Below are positions 1 through 8,645 of a stretch of 12,750 bases of DNA, in pieces (the first letter of the stretch is position 1; each line of letters opens with the position of its first letter). Location of the stretch: the NCBI GenBank assembly GCA_965648935.1, contig CBFGIY010000068.1, positions 1 through 12,750 of the forward strand, written 5' to 3'. The DNA comes from a candidate division WOR-3 bacterium (GTDB lineage Bacteria; Hydrothermota; Tepidihabitantia; Tepidihabitantales; Tepidihabitantaceae). The notes beneath the pieces were generated by a model. That model made no database searches and was not told the origin of the DNA. It saw only the letters and a program-made list of their open reading frames with translations. The position numbers and the translations under genes are program-made.

Positions 1-5
1 CGGGG

Positions 6-27
6 GGGCGGCGCGCGGGCGCCGCCC
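6..27 (-). terminator. GC-rich hairpin downstream of queH (possible terminator or 3' stabilising stem)
   Basis: GGGCGGCGC-GCGG-GCGCCGCCC, 9-bp stem, about 21 nt after the queH stop; no U-tract visible before the window edge. Confidence 0.4.
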
Positions 28-48
28 GCCTGTCTGTTGTACGCGCCG

Positions 49-630
49 TCAGTCGGCGCGACCGCGCGCCGAGAACTCGCAGCCGCAGTAGTGCTGGCGG
101 TACATTCCGAACTCGCGCGAAATCGCGACGCTCTGCACCTCGCCGCCCTGCTTCTTCCAGTCGGCCTCCAGAAACAGCAGATTGCGCCGCGCGCACGCGG
201 CCCGGCCGATGGGATTGATGACGGCGGCACGCTTGTTGCGGCCGATGGTCAGGGTTGACGCCACGACGCTGCAGCCGTTGGCGATTGCCGCGTCGGCCGC
301 AGCCTCAAGCCGCAGCCGGAAGCACGCCGTACACCGCTGCCCGCCCTCGGGCTCGGCTTCCAGCCCGCGCGCGATGGCCAGAAACCGAGCGTGGTCATAG
401 GGCGCGGTATCGACCAGCACGTGCCACAGCGCGCTCAGCCGCTGCACCTCGAGCAGCCTGCGGCCGTGCTCTTCCTCGGGCCAGATGTTGGGATTGTCAA
501 ACCAGCCGACGACCTCGTAGTCTTCCATCAGACGACGCACGACCGCGGTCGCGCACGGCCCGCAGCAGATGTGCAGCAGCAGCTTGGGCCGCGGGCCGTC
601 AGTAGTAGTACCAGATGCTGCGGTAGTCAC
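49..630 (-). CDS. queH: Epoxyqueuosine reductase QueH (DUF208 family)
   Basis: Family motifs LLLHICCGPC, FDNPNIWP (cf. FYNPNIHP), EPEGGxRCxxCFxLRL and C-terminal YRQHYCGCEFS. The GTG start overlaps the upstream gene by 32 nt, so the exact start is less certain. Confidence 0.92.
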   Translation of the reverse strand: MTTAASGTTTDGPRPKLLLHICCGPCATAVVRRLMEDYEVVGWFDNPNIWPEEEHGRRLLEVQRLSALWHVLVDTAPYDHARFLAIARGLEAEPEGGQRCTACFRLRLEAAADAAIANGCSVVASTLTIGRNKRAAVINPIGRAACARRNLLFLEADWKKQGGEVQSVAISREFGMYRQHYCGCEFSARGRAD

Positions 631-2380
631 GTCGCTTCTCGCCCCTTTCCTTCAGCCACTCGAGGTACTCCCAGATGCCGACGTCAGTCTCGATGTAGGT
701 CGAGGCTACCGAGATGCGCTTCTCCCACGGGTGAAACTCGTACATCCGCCGGCCGTCGGCCAGTATCATTATCACCTCGTGGTGCTGGGCCGCCCGCACG
801 TAGTTCTTGCCCAGGCCCGGCAGGTTGAACACCGCCTCGTCGGTGCGCACCATCCCGCTCATCTGCCGCGCCTCCTCCTTCTGCTCCTGCAGCAGCCGGG
901 CAATCGGCACGCGGAACTCGGCGGTCTCCTCCTTGCCCTTGGTGACGAAGGTGTAGTACGGGTCGACCCCAATGAGCCGCAGGAGCCGGCGCAGCGCCGC
1001 CGCCTCGAATCGCCGGCTCACCTCGCGCGTGTAGACCATCTGATTGTACACTGATATGCCACGCTGCCGGAACTCCTGCACCGCCCGCACCGTCTCAGCA
1101 GTAACCTCGTAGACGTGCTGGATGTGCGTGACCAGGACCACCTCGCGCCGTCCCGGTTCGTGGAACCGGGCAATCGTGTCGGCCAACCGCGGGGTGATAC
1201 GCTGGGGCAGGGTGACGAACACGCGGCTGCCTACGCGGATGCGCTCGATGTGGTCGATGTCGGCCAGCCGCTCCAGCACCCGCTCGATGAAACCGGTACC
1301 CGGGACCAGCGGGTCGCCGCCCGTAACCAGCACCTCGGTCACAGCCGGGTGCACCCGGAGCCAGTCGATCGCCGCGTCAAGCCTTGGCTTGTCCGCCGCC
1401 GCGCCCGGCGCCAGCGGCTCGGCGATCTCCCAGTTGCGCTGGCAGTACACGCAGATCTGGGCACAGGTGTTGTAGGGCTTGAGAATCGCGATGCGCGGGT
1501 AACGCCGGGTCACCAGGTCGACCGGCGAGGTGTCACCCTCGAGCATGAAATCGAGCGAGTGCTCACCCCGGGCCCGGCAAGCGCGCAGCCGGCTGACGTA
1601 GTGCGGGCTCGGGATTACCTGAGCCCGCACCGAGTGATCGAATGTCCGGCTGGCGTTGTAGTCCATCAAGGAAACGTAGTGCGGCGTCACGCCGAATGGC
1701 ACGCCGCCCTCGCGCGCGGCCGCGATTGCCGCCGATTCCTCGTTGGTCAGCCGGACCAACCGGGCCAGGGAACGGGCGTCGCGGGTTATGTGCCGCAACT
1801 GCCAGCGGTAGTCGTCCCACTGCTCCTCGGTTGCGCCGAGCGCGGCACGGATGCGCTCGCGGTTCGCGGCCCGGCGCCGCGCCACGGCCGGGTCCAGCCC
1901 GGTCGGGTAACGCTCAAGCCACCCGGCCATGTGCGCCGCGAGCCGGTCCAGCGCCTCGGACCGGGCCAGCGCCGCCTCCCTGCCCTTGAGCTGGCGCGGC
2001 GCGGTCGGCTCGGTCTCGGGGTGCAGCCGCGACCGGCCCGCGGCCGCGCGCAGCAGATGCAGGAACTCCTGCTTGAAACCCGGGTGCAGGTCCTCGTCGC
2101 GCGTGACGCCGCGCGCCGCGCTGTACAGCAATTCCAGCGCGCTGAACCCGCTCACTTCCTCGTTGCGCACCGAGAACACGCGCCGCAGCACGCGCAGGCT
2201 GTCGAGGGTAGTTGCCCACTCCAGCGGGTGCACGTCGTAGTTGTGATTGAGCAGGCCCTCTTCCTGCGCGGCGAGATAGCCGAAGAGGCGCTTGCGCGCC
2301 ACGCCCAGCGTGGGCGATTCGGCAAGTATGAAGTGAACCTCGGGGTTCTCGCGCCAGACGTCCGAGATGCTCGGTATCAT
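599..2380 (-). CDS. KamA-family radical SAM/PLP protein (lysine 2,3-aminomutase-like), long form with N-terminal extension
   Basis: CAQICVYC radical-SAM motif; QWDDYRWQL, VTRRYPRIAIL, EVLVTGGDPL, RIRVGSR, GVDPYY; LPGLGK matches the PLP-lysine motif (PGGGGK). Start moved from 2425 to ATG 2380 (MIPSISD): GGAG lies 7 nt upstream, and ATG 2425 abuts the -10 box. Confidence 0.88.
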   Translation of the reverse strand: MIPSISDVWRENPEVHFILAESPTLGVARKRLFGYLAAQEEGLLNHNYDVHPLEWATTLDSLRVLRRVFSVRNEEVSGFSALELLYSAARGVTRDEDLHPGFKQEFLHLLRAAAGRSRLHPETEPTAPRQLKGREAALARSEALDRLAAHMAGWLERYPTGLDPAVARRRAANRERIRAALGATEEQWDDYRWQLRHITRDARSLARLVRLTNEESAAIAAAREGGVPFGVTPHYVSLMDYNASRTFDHSVRAQVIPSPHYVSRLRACRARGEHSLDFMLEGDTSPVDLVTRRYPRIAILKPYNTCAQICVYCQRNWEIAEPLAPGAAADKPRLDAAIDWLRVHPAVTEVLVTGGDPLVPGTGFIERVLERLADIDHIERIRVGSRVFVTLPQRITPRLADTIARFHEPGRREVVLVTHIQHVYEVTAETVRAVQEFRQRGISVYNQMVYTREVSRRFEAAALRRLLRLIGVDPYYTFVTKGKEETAEFRVPIARLLQEQKEEARQMSGMVRTDEAVFNLPGLGKNYVRAAQHHEVIMILADGRRMYEFHPWEKRISVASTYIETDVGIWEYLEWLKERGEKRRDYRSIWYYY

Positions 2381-2425
2381 CGTATCACTCCCGTCAATGT
2401 CGCCGCCGGCCGCGGCCGCCAGCAT

Positions 2426-2454
2426 AACTTAACCCGGCCGGGACGCGCGGTCAA
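2426..2454 (-). promoter_or_regulatory. Sigma70-type promoter of the kamA-like/queH unit
   Basis: Minus strand TTGACC (2454-2449), 17 nt, TAAGTT (2431-2426). Confidence 0.6.
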
Positions 2455-2472
2455 CCTCGGATTGGCCGGCCA

Positions 2473-2500
2473 TTGACTGCCCCGGCACTTCGACTAGCCT
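2473..2500 (+). promoter_or_regulatory. Sigma70-type promoter giving a leaderless GNAT mRNA
   Basis: TTGACT (2473-2478), 16 nt, TAGCCT (2495-2500), 5 nt, GTG 2506; no SD. Confidence 0.6.
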
Positions 2501-2505
2501 GTGTC

Positions 2506-3276
2506 GTGCCGCTCATTCGTGAACGAGACTGCCTGCGTCCGCTGCTCGAGCGCGGCGGCGCTCGTGCCGCATCGGTCCGCAATCTCGTGTTCGGCAATGC
2601 CGGCGCCCGGGCGCGCTGGGTTCGCGTCGACCGGCTCGACCGGCCAGGCGCGGTGCTGTGTCGCGGCCGCCGCCTCTACATCTGGGCTCCGGGTCCGGCC
2701 GCAGCCCGCGCCGCGCTCGCCGATCTGCCCGCGCGCACCCGTTGCGCCTTCAGTGCCGTACCCGGCAACCTTGTCACCGCCTGCCGCGACCACTTCCGGG
2801 CGCGACGCCCGGGCATCAGCGAGTTCTGGACCAATCGCTGCTGGCTGTACGAACTCAAAGCAAGCCCGCCGCCGCCGGTGCGCGGTGTCCGGGTCGAACC
2901 GCTCGTCGCCCGGGACGCCGCGACAATCGCCGCGCTCTGGCCCCACGGCCGCCGGGTCGACTACGTGCGCGCCCGGATCCGCGCCTGGCCGTCCTGCGCG
3001 GTCCGGCACGGCGGCCGCCTCGTTGCTTGGGGCCTGACCCACGACGACGGTTCGATGGGATTCCTGCATGTGCTCGACGAGTGGCGCGGTCGCGGCTTTG
3101 CCCGGGCCATCACCGCGGCGCTGTCGCGGCGCCTGCTCGAACTCGGGGTTCGCCCCCACCTCTACATAATGCAGGACAACCTTGCGTCAATCACGCTGAC
3201 CGAGAGCTGCGGGTTCTGCCGCGTCGGCGAGTATGTCTGGTTCGGGGAAGGCCGGCGCCGGGCCCGGCCGCGCTAG
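2506..3276 (+). CDS. GNAT family N-acetyltransferase (FR47-like C-terminal domain)
   Basis: GFLHVLDEWRGRGFA (acetyl-CoA motif A), DNLASITLTESCGF (N-x-x-S...GF) and LVAWGLTHDDGSMG. The ORF-track TTG start at 2473 is the -35 box, so GTG 2506 is preferred. Confidence 0.85.
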   Translation: MPLIRERDCLRPLLERGGARAASVRNLVFGNAGARARWVRVDRLDRPGAVLCRGRRLYIWAPGPAAARAALADLPARTRCAFSAVPGNLVTACRDHFRARRPGISEFWTNRCWLYELKASPPPPVRGVRVEPLVARDAATIAALWPHGRRVDYVRARIRAWPSCAVRHGGRLVAWGLTHDDGSMGFLHVLDEWRGRGFARAITAALSRRLLELGVRPHLYIMQDNLASITLTESCGFCRVGEYVWFGEGRRRARPR

Positions 3277-4451
3277 GCGAAACTCGAAGACGCCAGTTCT
3301 TTCAGCGCCTTCAGCTCGTTCACGATCTGGGTCGCGTCGTTGGCCCCGGTCGCGAGCAGCAGCACGGCGCCCTTATGCTCCTTGCGCTGGGCGCGGCGAA
3401 GCGAGCCAAGAAAGTCGGCGATCTCCTCTGGTGCCGTCTTGAGCCACGCGCCGAGCAGGTCACAGCGAACAACCACGATAACCTCTTCCTTGCCCGGAGC
3501 GGGCCAGCGGTCGGCCTGCACCGACACGACTATCGCGCCCTCGGCAGTACCTGACTCGAGCGCACCCGGTACGAAGTACTCGAACCCGCGCCGCACCATT
3601 CCCAGGGCGTCCAGCTCGACGAGCTTGCCGAGTATCTCGCGCTGTTTGTCGGTCCAGTCGCCGGACGGGAACGGCTCGCGCGCCGCGGTCTTCTCGGACC
3701 TCGCGCCGCCGAACACCGCCGAGCGAGTATGCTCGTCTGTGAAGGTCCGCTGCGGCGGCGGCTCGGCCGGCCGGGCAGCCGGCTGCGGCACCTGGGTTGC
3801 CGCGGCAGCGGGGGCGGCCGGGGCGGCGCCCGGCCGGCGCACGTCCAGCAACCGCGGCCGCACGAGTTCGTTGCCATCGAAGCGGTAGCAATCCCAGGTG
3901 TACAGCCGGACCTCAAGGTTCATATTGAGCAGGAACCCTGCCGCTTCCTTGACCACCGGGTCCTCTTTCTCGACCAGCAGGACGACCGGGAAACGGCCGC
4001 CGCCCAGGCAGGCCTCGGCCCCGGCCCGGAAATCCCTGGCCGACCAGCCCGGCCCGGTGCGGCGGGCAATCCACTCCTCGAGCGTCATCCCGAGAAAGCT
4101 CTCGAAGGGCCCGGCCAGTGCTTCGTACGGCTGGCGCCAGAGCCGGCCGTTGGCCGCGAGCACCTCGCTGACAAGGTTGTTCATCGGCATCACGAAGTCC
4201 GGGCAGGCGACGATGAGTATGCCCCCGGTCTCGGTCACCGCTATCAGCACGTGACCGGATTCGGCCTGCGGCGCGGGCGCGGCCGCGCGCGGCAACGGCT
4301 CGCCGGCCGCGGCCAGGCCCAGAAACTCCGGCGCCTCGACGACGAGCCGGACCGCGTCCAGCTCGCGCACCGCATTGCTGCCCGCGAAAGTCTGCCAGCG
4401 CTCGACCGGTCGAGCCAACCTCAGGCAGAAAGGCGCGAAGTCCTTGCTCAT
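3273..4451 (-). CDS. Hypothetical protein: degenerate PD-(D/E)xK/NucS-like N-domain, Pro/Ala linker, ~125-aa C-terminal alpha/beta domain; paralog of the upstream gene
   Basis: 392-aa ORF with ATGA overlap to the upstream gene; aligns by eye to 4448-5557 (EVLAxxGRxWR, EAxLGxGxFPV, G[FY]LxxMxLE). Its TAG stop overlaps the GNAT stop at CTAG 3273-3276. Confidence 0.8.
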   Translation of the reverse strand: MSKDFAPFCLRLARPVERWQTFAGSNAVRELDAVRLVVEAPEFLGLAAAGEPLPRAAAPAPQAESGHVLIAVTETGGILIVACPDFVMPMNNLVSEVLAANGRLWRQPYEALAGPFESFLGMTLEEWIARRTGPGWSARDFRAGAEACLGGGRFPVVLLVEKEDPVVKEAAGFLLNMNLEVRLYTWDCYRFDGNELVRPRLLDVRRPGAAPAAPAAAATQVPQPAARPAEPPPQRTFTDEHTRSAVFGGARSEKTAAREPFPSGDWTDKQREILGKLVELDALGMVRRGFEYFVPGALESGTAEGAIVVSVQADRWPAPGKEEVIVVVRCDLLGAWLKTAPEEIADFLGSLRRAQRKEHKGAVLLLATGANDATQIVNELKALKELASSSFA

Positions 4452-5557
4452 TTCTTCTTGCCCAGCCCGCCCCAGCCGGTCTTGGGCGGACGTTTGTTGG
4501 ACATCGTACCGGGCATCGTGCCCGGTGCCGGACCCTTGCCTTCCGGTTCAGGCGATGGCGGCGGCGGCACGCGGGTCGACAGCGGCGACCGGATGGCCGA
4601 CTGCGCCTCGGCAGAGGTCGGCGGGGTGACAGGTTTTGCTGCAGGCTCAACCGGCTTGGGTGTCGCTTCTTCGAACCCGCCCAGCTTGGGCCAGTTGCGC
4701 TCGGTCTTGCCTTCCTTGTCGTCGCCCTGAGAGCTTGCGCCGCCGAAGGTCGCGTGACGCGGCGCGGTCGACAGCGTGGGCGGCCGCGACGACTGGAATC
4801 CGCCTGCCGGCGCAGGCTTGGGCTGAGGCTGCGCCGGGGCAGAGGCAGGCTGGGGAATCGGTGTGGCCGCGGGTCTGGGGCGCTCGACCGCGACGGGTCG
4901 GGCCTCGACGTGAACCGTCACGGCCTGGGCCACGACAACCTCGACCCCGCTGCACTCGAAAGCCCGCGGCACAAGCCCGACCGCTTCCAGCCCCATCGCC
5001 GCAAGGTACCCGACTGCCTGCCGGCATTCATCGTCATCTTCCTGCCCGACAAGCCGCACCGGGAAATGCCCGCGCCCGAGGTTCGCCTCGACCGAACGCA
5101 GGAACTTGTCGCCGGCCTTGGCCGCGGGTAGCTTGCTGGCCGCGGTTTCGGCCAGCGAGTTGCCGCCTGCCGCCCTGAAGAGTGATGCGAACTCGCCCGG
5201 CGCCATCCGCCAGGCCCGACCCTCAAGCGCCAGCACCTCACGCACCAGTTCGGTCCACGCATCCCTGGTCCGGTCATGCGCGAGCGCGACGATGATCACG
5301 CGGCCGTCCTCATCAACGGCAAACCAGGCGACCTGACCGCCCCCGCTGCGCGCCGGCGCCAGCGCGACGATGCGGGCCGCATTGGGCTGGTGCAGATTCA
5401 GAAAGCTCGGGTTATCCAGGAGGAGCGCGGTGATATCAGGCGGCGCGGCCGCGGGTAAGGGCAACACCACACGCCAGCCGGTCTGCTCGCCCCCGGCGCG
5501 GTAGACAAAAGCCGAGGGCCGGTCCACGCCGGCGCTGTCACCCGTTTCCGGTGCCAC
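4448..5557 (-). CDS. Hypothetical protein: degenerate PD-(D/E)xK/NucS-like N-domain plus long disordered Pro-rich tail ending GWGGLGKKK
   Basis: Long ORF paralogous to 3273-4451; start reassigned to GTG 5557, 5 nt after the -10 box. Confidence 0.8.
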   Translation of the reverse strand: MAPETGDSAGVDRPSAFVYRAGGEQTGWRVVLPLPAAAPPDITALLLDNPSFLNLHQPNAARIVALAPARSGGGQVAWFAVDEDGRVIIVALAHDRTRDAWTELVREVLALEGRAWRMAPGEFASLFRAAGGNSLAETAASKLPAAKAGDKFLRSVEANLGRGHFPVRLVGQEDDDECRQAVGYLAAMGLEAVGLVPRAFECSGVEVVVAQAVTVHVEARPVAVERPRPAATPIPQPASAPAQPQPKPAPAGGFQSSRPPTLSTAPRHATFGGASSQGDDKEGKTERNWPKLGGFEEATPKPVEPAAKPVTPPTSAEAQSAIRSPLSTRVPPPPSPEPEGKGPAPGTMPGTMSNKRPPKTGWGGLGKKK

Positions 5558-5562
5558 GCTAT

Positions 5563-5591
5563 ATACTACACCCGGATTAGGCAAGTGTCAA
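5563..5591 (-). promoter_or_regulatory. Near-consensus sigma70-type promoter, leaderless mRNA for the paralog pair
   Basis: Minus strand TTGACA (5591-5586), 17 nt, TAGTAT (5568-5563), ATAGC, GTG (5557). Confidence 0.75.
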
Positions 5592-5609
5592 GCCGGCCAG
5601 CAGTTACGG

Positions 5610-5638
5610 CCGGCGGGGCGGACTGGCCGCCCCGCCGG
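5610..5638 (-). terminator. 12-bp GC hairpin after porB (probable end of por transcript; no U-tract)
   Basis: CCGGCGGGGCGG-ACTGG-CCGCCCCGCCGG perfect inverted repeat about 20 nt after the porB stop. Confidence 0.6.
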
Positions 5639-5657
5639 AAACGTTGCGTTGAAGCTG

Positions 5658-6593
5658 TCAGGCCCCGCTGAAACACTCCTGCCGCTTGTGCAGCAGGTCC
5701 CACTGCGCGTCGACGTGGCGCTGGATCTCGGCGATTATCGCCTTACCCTCTTCACCCTTGAACAGGTGGCTGAACCGGCCCTGGGGCCGCAGGAAATCCT
5801 CGACCGGCTTCTTCTCTTTGGGCTCGTGATTGATCTTGTACGCGCCGTTCTCGTACTCGTATATCGGCCAGAAGCACGTGTCCGCCGCCAGTTTCGATAT
5901 CTCGATAGTCTGGTCGCCGGGATGGCCCCAGCCCAGCGGGCAGGGCACCAGCACGTTGAGGAACGACGGCCCGTCCGCGGCCAGTGCCTTCTGCACCTTG
6001 GTGACAAGATCGTTCCACAGCGCCACGGTCGCCTGCGCGGCATAGGCGGCGTTGTGCGCGATCATTATCTCCATTATGTCCTTGCGGTGCTGGCGCTTGC
6101 CCGGCACGACCTTGCCCGCCGGCGAGGTCGTCGTGTGCGCGCCATAGGGCGTGGCCGACGACCGCTGGATGCCGGTGTTCATGTAGCCCTCATTGTCGGT
6201 GCAGACATAGAGGAACCTGTGCCGGCGCTCGAACGCGCCCGACAGGGCCTGGAATCCGATGTCGTAGGTGCCGCCGTCGCCGCCGAACGCGATGAACTTC
6301 ACGTCCTCGGTCGTCCGGCCCGTCCGCTTGCGGAAACGGTAAGCCGCCTCGACGCCCGCGGCGGTCGAGGCCGCGGTTTCGAAAGCGGTATGAATCATCG
6401 GTATCTGCCACGCGCTGTGCGGGTAGATTGACGAGAATATCTCGGTGCAGCCGGTCGGCATGATACCGACCACCGGCTGGGGCGCGGCCAGCAGTATCTG
6501 GCGCACCGCCAGCGCCTCGCCGCACCCGGCGCAGGCGCGATGGCCGCTCGAAAACAGCTCGGGTTTCTGACAGAGTTCCTTGAGTCTTGCCAT
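5658..6593 (-). CDS. porB: Pyruvate/2-oxoacid:ferredoxin oxidoreductase beta subunit (TPP-binding)
   Basis: SGHRACAGCG; TPP motif GGDGGTYDIG...DNEGYMNTGIQRS; VPCPLGWG; FLRPQGRFSHL; SD GGAG/GAGG upstream. Confidence 0.95.
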   Translation of the reverse strand: MARLKELCQKPELFSSGHRACAGCGEALAVRQILLAAPQPVVGIMPTGCTEIFSSIYPHSAWQIPMIHTAFETAASTAAGVEAAYRFRKRTGRTTEDVKFIAFGGDGGTYDIGFQALSGAFERRHRFLYVCTDNEGYMNTGIQRSSATPYGAHTTTSPAGKVVPGKRQHRKDIMEIMIAHNAAYAAQATVALWNDLVTKVQKALAADGPSFLNVLVPCPLGWGHPGDQTIEISKLAADTCFWPIYEYENGAYKINHEPKEKKPVEDFLRPQGRFSHLFKGEEGKAIIAEIQRHVDAQWDLLHKRQECFSGA

Positions 6594-6596
6594 CGC

Positions 6597-7751
6597 CTAC
6601 CTCACTCCTATGTAGGTCACCAGCTCGTCCTTGGCGCCGGCCAGCGCGCCCTCGAGCACCGCCGCGGCGTCAACCGGCGAGAACTCCTTGCCGCCCAGCC
6701 CGTAGACATAGGACAGCACCGCCGGCCGACGGTCCAGCTCATACAGCGCCGCCTTGGTCTCGGTGTACAGCGCGCCGCCGTACGCGCTCACCGTGTCGGC
6801 GCGGTCCATCACCGCCACGGTCCGGAACCGGCCGAGCGTCTCTTTCAGCAGCTTGTGCGGCCAGGGCCGATAGACGCGCAGCTTCACCATCCCGACCTTC
6901 TTGCCCGCGTTGCGCAGCGCGTCAACCGCCTCGCGCATCGTGCCGCAGGCCGAGCCCATCAGAAGCACCACCGCCTCGGCGTCCTCGGTGCGGTACTCCT
7001 CGATGACATCGTAGCCCCGGCCGAACGCGGCGCGGAACTCGCGCTGCACCTCCTCGATCACCGGCAGCGCCCTGTTCATACCCTCGATCTGGGACCGCTT
7101 GAACTCGAAGTAGTAGTCCTGCATCGTCGCCGGCCCGACGAGAATCGGCTTGGCGAGATTGAGCAGGTCCCAGTTCGGTGTCCACTTGCCCAGCCAGTCG
7201 CGCACCGGCTTGTCCTCGAACGTCTCCATTCGCTCCATGCAGTGCGACAGGATGAACCCGTCGACGCAGCACATCGCGGGTAGCGAGGTCCGCTCCGCAA
7301 TCTTCACGCACTGGATGAGCGTGTCGTAGCCTTCCTGCACCGACTCGCAGAAGAACTGCAGCCAGCCCGAGTCGCGCGAGGCCAGCGAGTCCGAGTGGTC
7401 GCCGTGGATGTTCAGCGGCGACGACAGCGCGCGCGACGCGACGGCCATCACTATCGGCAGGCGCAGCCCGCCGGCGATGAACAGCATCTCGTGCATCAGG
7501 GCCAGGCCCTGCGACGCGGTCGCGGTCATCGTGCGGCAGCCCGACGCCGCCGCGCCGATGCACGCTGCCATCGCCGAGTGCTCGCTCTCGACCGCGACGA
7601 ACTCCGAGTCCACCAGCCCGTCGTTGGCGTAGCCGGCGAAAATCTGGACTATCTCGGTCGAGGGCGTTATCGGGTAGGCCGCAACCACGTCGGGATTGAC
7701 CTGCTTCATCGCGTAGGCGAGCGCTTCGTTACCGGTCTTGGCGATGATCAT
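6597..7751 (-). CDS. porA: Pyruvate/2-oxoacid:ferredoxin oxidoreductase alpha subunit
   Basis: TGNEALAYA, AYPITPSTEI, VESEHSA, TATASQGL, IHGDHSD, YGLGGK. True start ATG 7751 (MIIAKTG) overlaps the porD stop (ATGA). Confidence 0.95.
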   Translation of the reverse strand: MIIAKTGNEALAYAMKQVNPDVVAAYPITPSTEIVQIFAGYANDGLVDSEFVAVESEHSAMAACIGAAASGCRTMTATASQGLALMHEMLFIAGGLRLPIVMAVASRALSSPLNIHGDHSDSLASRDSGWLQFFCESVQEGYDTLIQCVKIAERTSLPAMCCVDGFILSHCMERMETFEDKPVRDWLGKWTPNWDLLNLAKPILVGPATMQDYYFEFKRSQIEGMNRALPVIEEVQREFRAAFGRGYDVIEEYRTEDAEAVVLLMGSACGTMREAVDALRNAGKKVGMVKLRVYRPWPHKLLKETLGRFRTVAVMDRADTVSAYGGALYTETKAALYELDRRPAVLSYVYGLGGKEFSPVDAAAVLEGALAGAKDELVTYIGVR

Positions 7752-8038
7752 TTCCGCTCCGTTTCCATCGTTATCGCCTGCACCTTTTTCGGGCAGACGC
7801 TGGCGCAGATGCCGCAGCCCTTGCAGTAGTCGTAGTTGATGCCCGCGACCTTGCCGTCGCTGATGACGATCGAGGCGTCGGGGCAGTAGATCCAGCAGGT
7901 GTAGCAGTTGATGCACTTCTCCTTGTTCCACACCGGCCGCTGCGACCGCCACGCCCCGGTCTTGTTGTCCAGCACGGCCTTCGGGTCGTCGACGATCGCC
8001 CCGCAGGGCAGTTCCTTCCAGCTCAGGGGTTTTGCCAT
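7748..8038 (-). CDS. porD: Pyruvate/2-oxoacid:ferredoxin oxidoreductase delta subunit (2x[4Fe-4S])
   Basis: KTGAWRSQRP, CINCYTCWIYCP and YDYCKGCGICASVCP ferredoxin motifs; SD GAGGTG. Confidence 0.95.
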   Translation of the reverse strand: MAKPLSWKELPCGAIVDDPKAVLDNKTGAWRSQRPVWNKEKCINCYTCWIYCPDASIVISDGKVAGINYDYCKGCGICASVCPKKVQAITMETERK

Positions 8039-8039
8039 C

Positions 8040-8645
8040 CTAACACCTCACCTCTTCGTACGCCCGGCGGATGCTGACCAGGTTCGGCGCGATGAACTTC
8101 TCCTTGCCGCCCCGGAACTTCTCGCCCAGCTTGTGCTCGATAGCCTTCATCATCGGCTCGAACTCGAGCACGCCCGTGACCTTCACCAGCGCGCCGAGCA
8201 TCGGCGTGTTGGGCACGTTCTTGCCCACGGTCTCCATCGCTATCTTCGACGCATCGACCACGTAGAGCTGGATGCTTTCGGGCAGCTTCATCCGCGCGCG
8301 CAGCGCGGCCGGCTCGTCGACCGAATTGACCAGCAGGATGCCGCCCTCCTGCAGCCCGTCGGTCACCCGCGCCGGCTCGATCAGCGACGCGTCCAGCACC
8401 ACGACGATGCGCGGCGACTTCACCCCGGCGTGCGAGCGTATCGGCTTGTCCGACAGCCGGTTGAACGCCGCCACCGGCGCGCCCATCCGCTCCGGCCCGT
8501 ACTCCGGGAACGCCTGGATGTACATCCCGGTATCCAGCGCGGCCTCGCCGAACAAGAGCGCCGCGGTCTTCGCGCCCTGCCCGCCGCGGCCGTGCCAGCG
8601 TATCTCCAGCACCTGCCCGGCGAGATTGAAACAGACTTCAGCCAT
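8040..8645 (-). CDS. porC: Pyruvate/2-oxoacid:ferredoxin oxidoreductase gamma subunit
   Basis: EIRWHGRGGQGAKT, FPEYGPERMGAPV, PNTPMLGAL; ATG 8645 preceded by GGAGG (tgaatGGAGGaaagATG). Confidence 0.95.
   Translation of the reverse strand: MAEVCFNLAGQVLEIRWHGRGGQGAKTAALLFGEAALDTGMYIQAFPEYGPERMGAPVAAFNRLSDKPIRSHAGVKSPRIVVVLDASLIEPARVTDGLQEGGILLVNSVDEPAALRARMKLPESIQLYVVDASKIAMETVGKNVPNTPMLGALVKVTGVLEFEPMMKAIEHKLGEKFRGGKEKFIAPNLVSIRRAYEEVRC

Noticed and set aside
1115..2476. Long antisense or alternative-frame ORFs (also 3729-4730, 5649-6431, 7908-9032, 8836-9726, 10750-11763)
   Set aside because: Shadow ORFs typical of high-GC DNA, lying opposite well-supported genes and without recognisable motifs.
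3273..3276. Convergent genes sharing overlapping TAG stops in CTAG
   Set aside because: A common compact arrangement with no special meaning evident.
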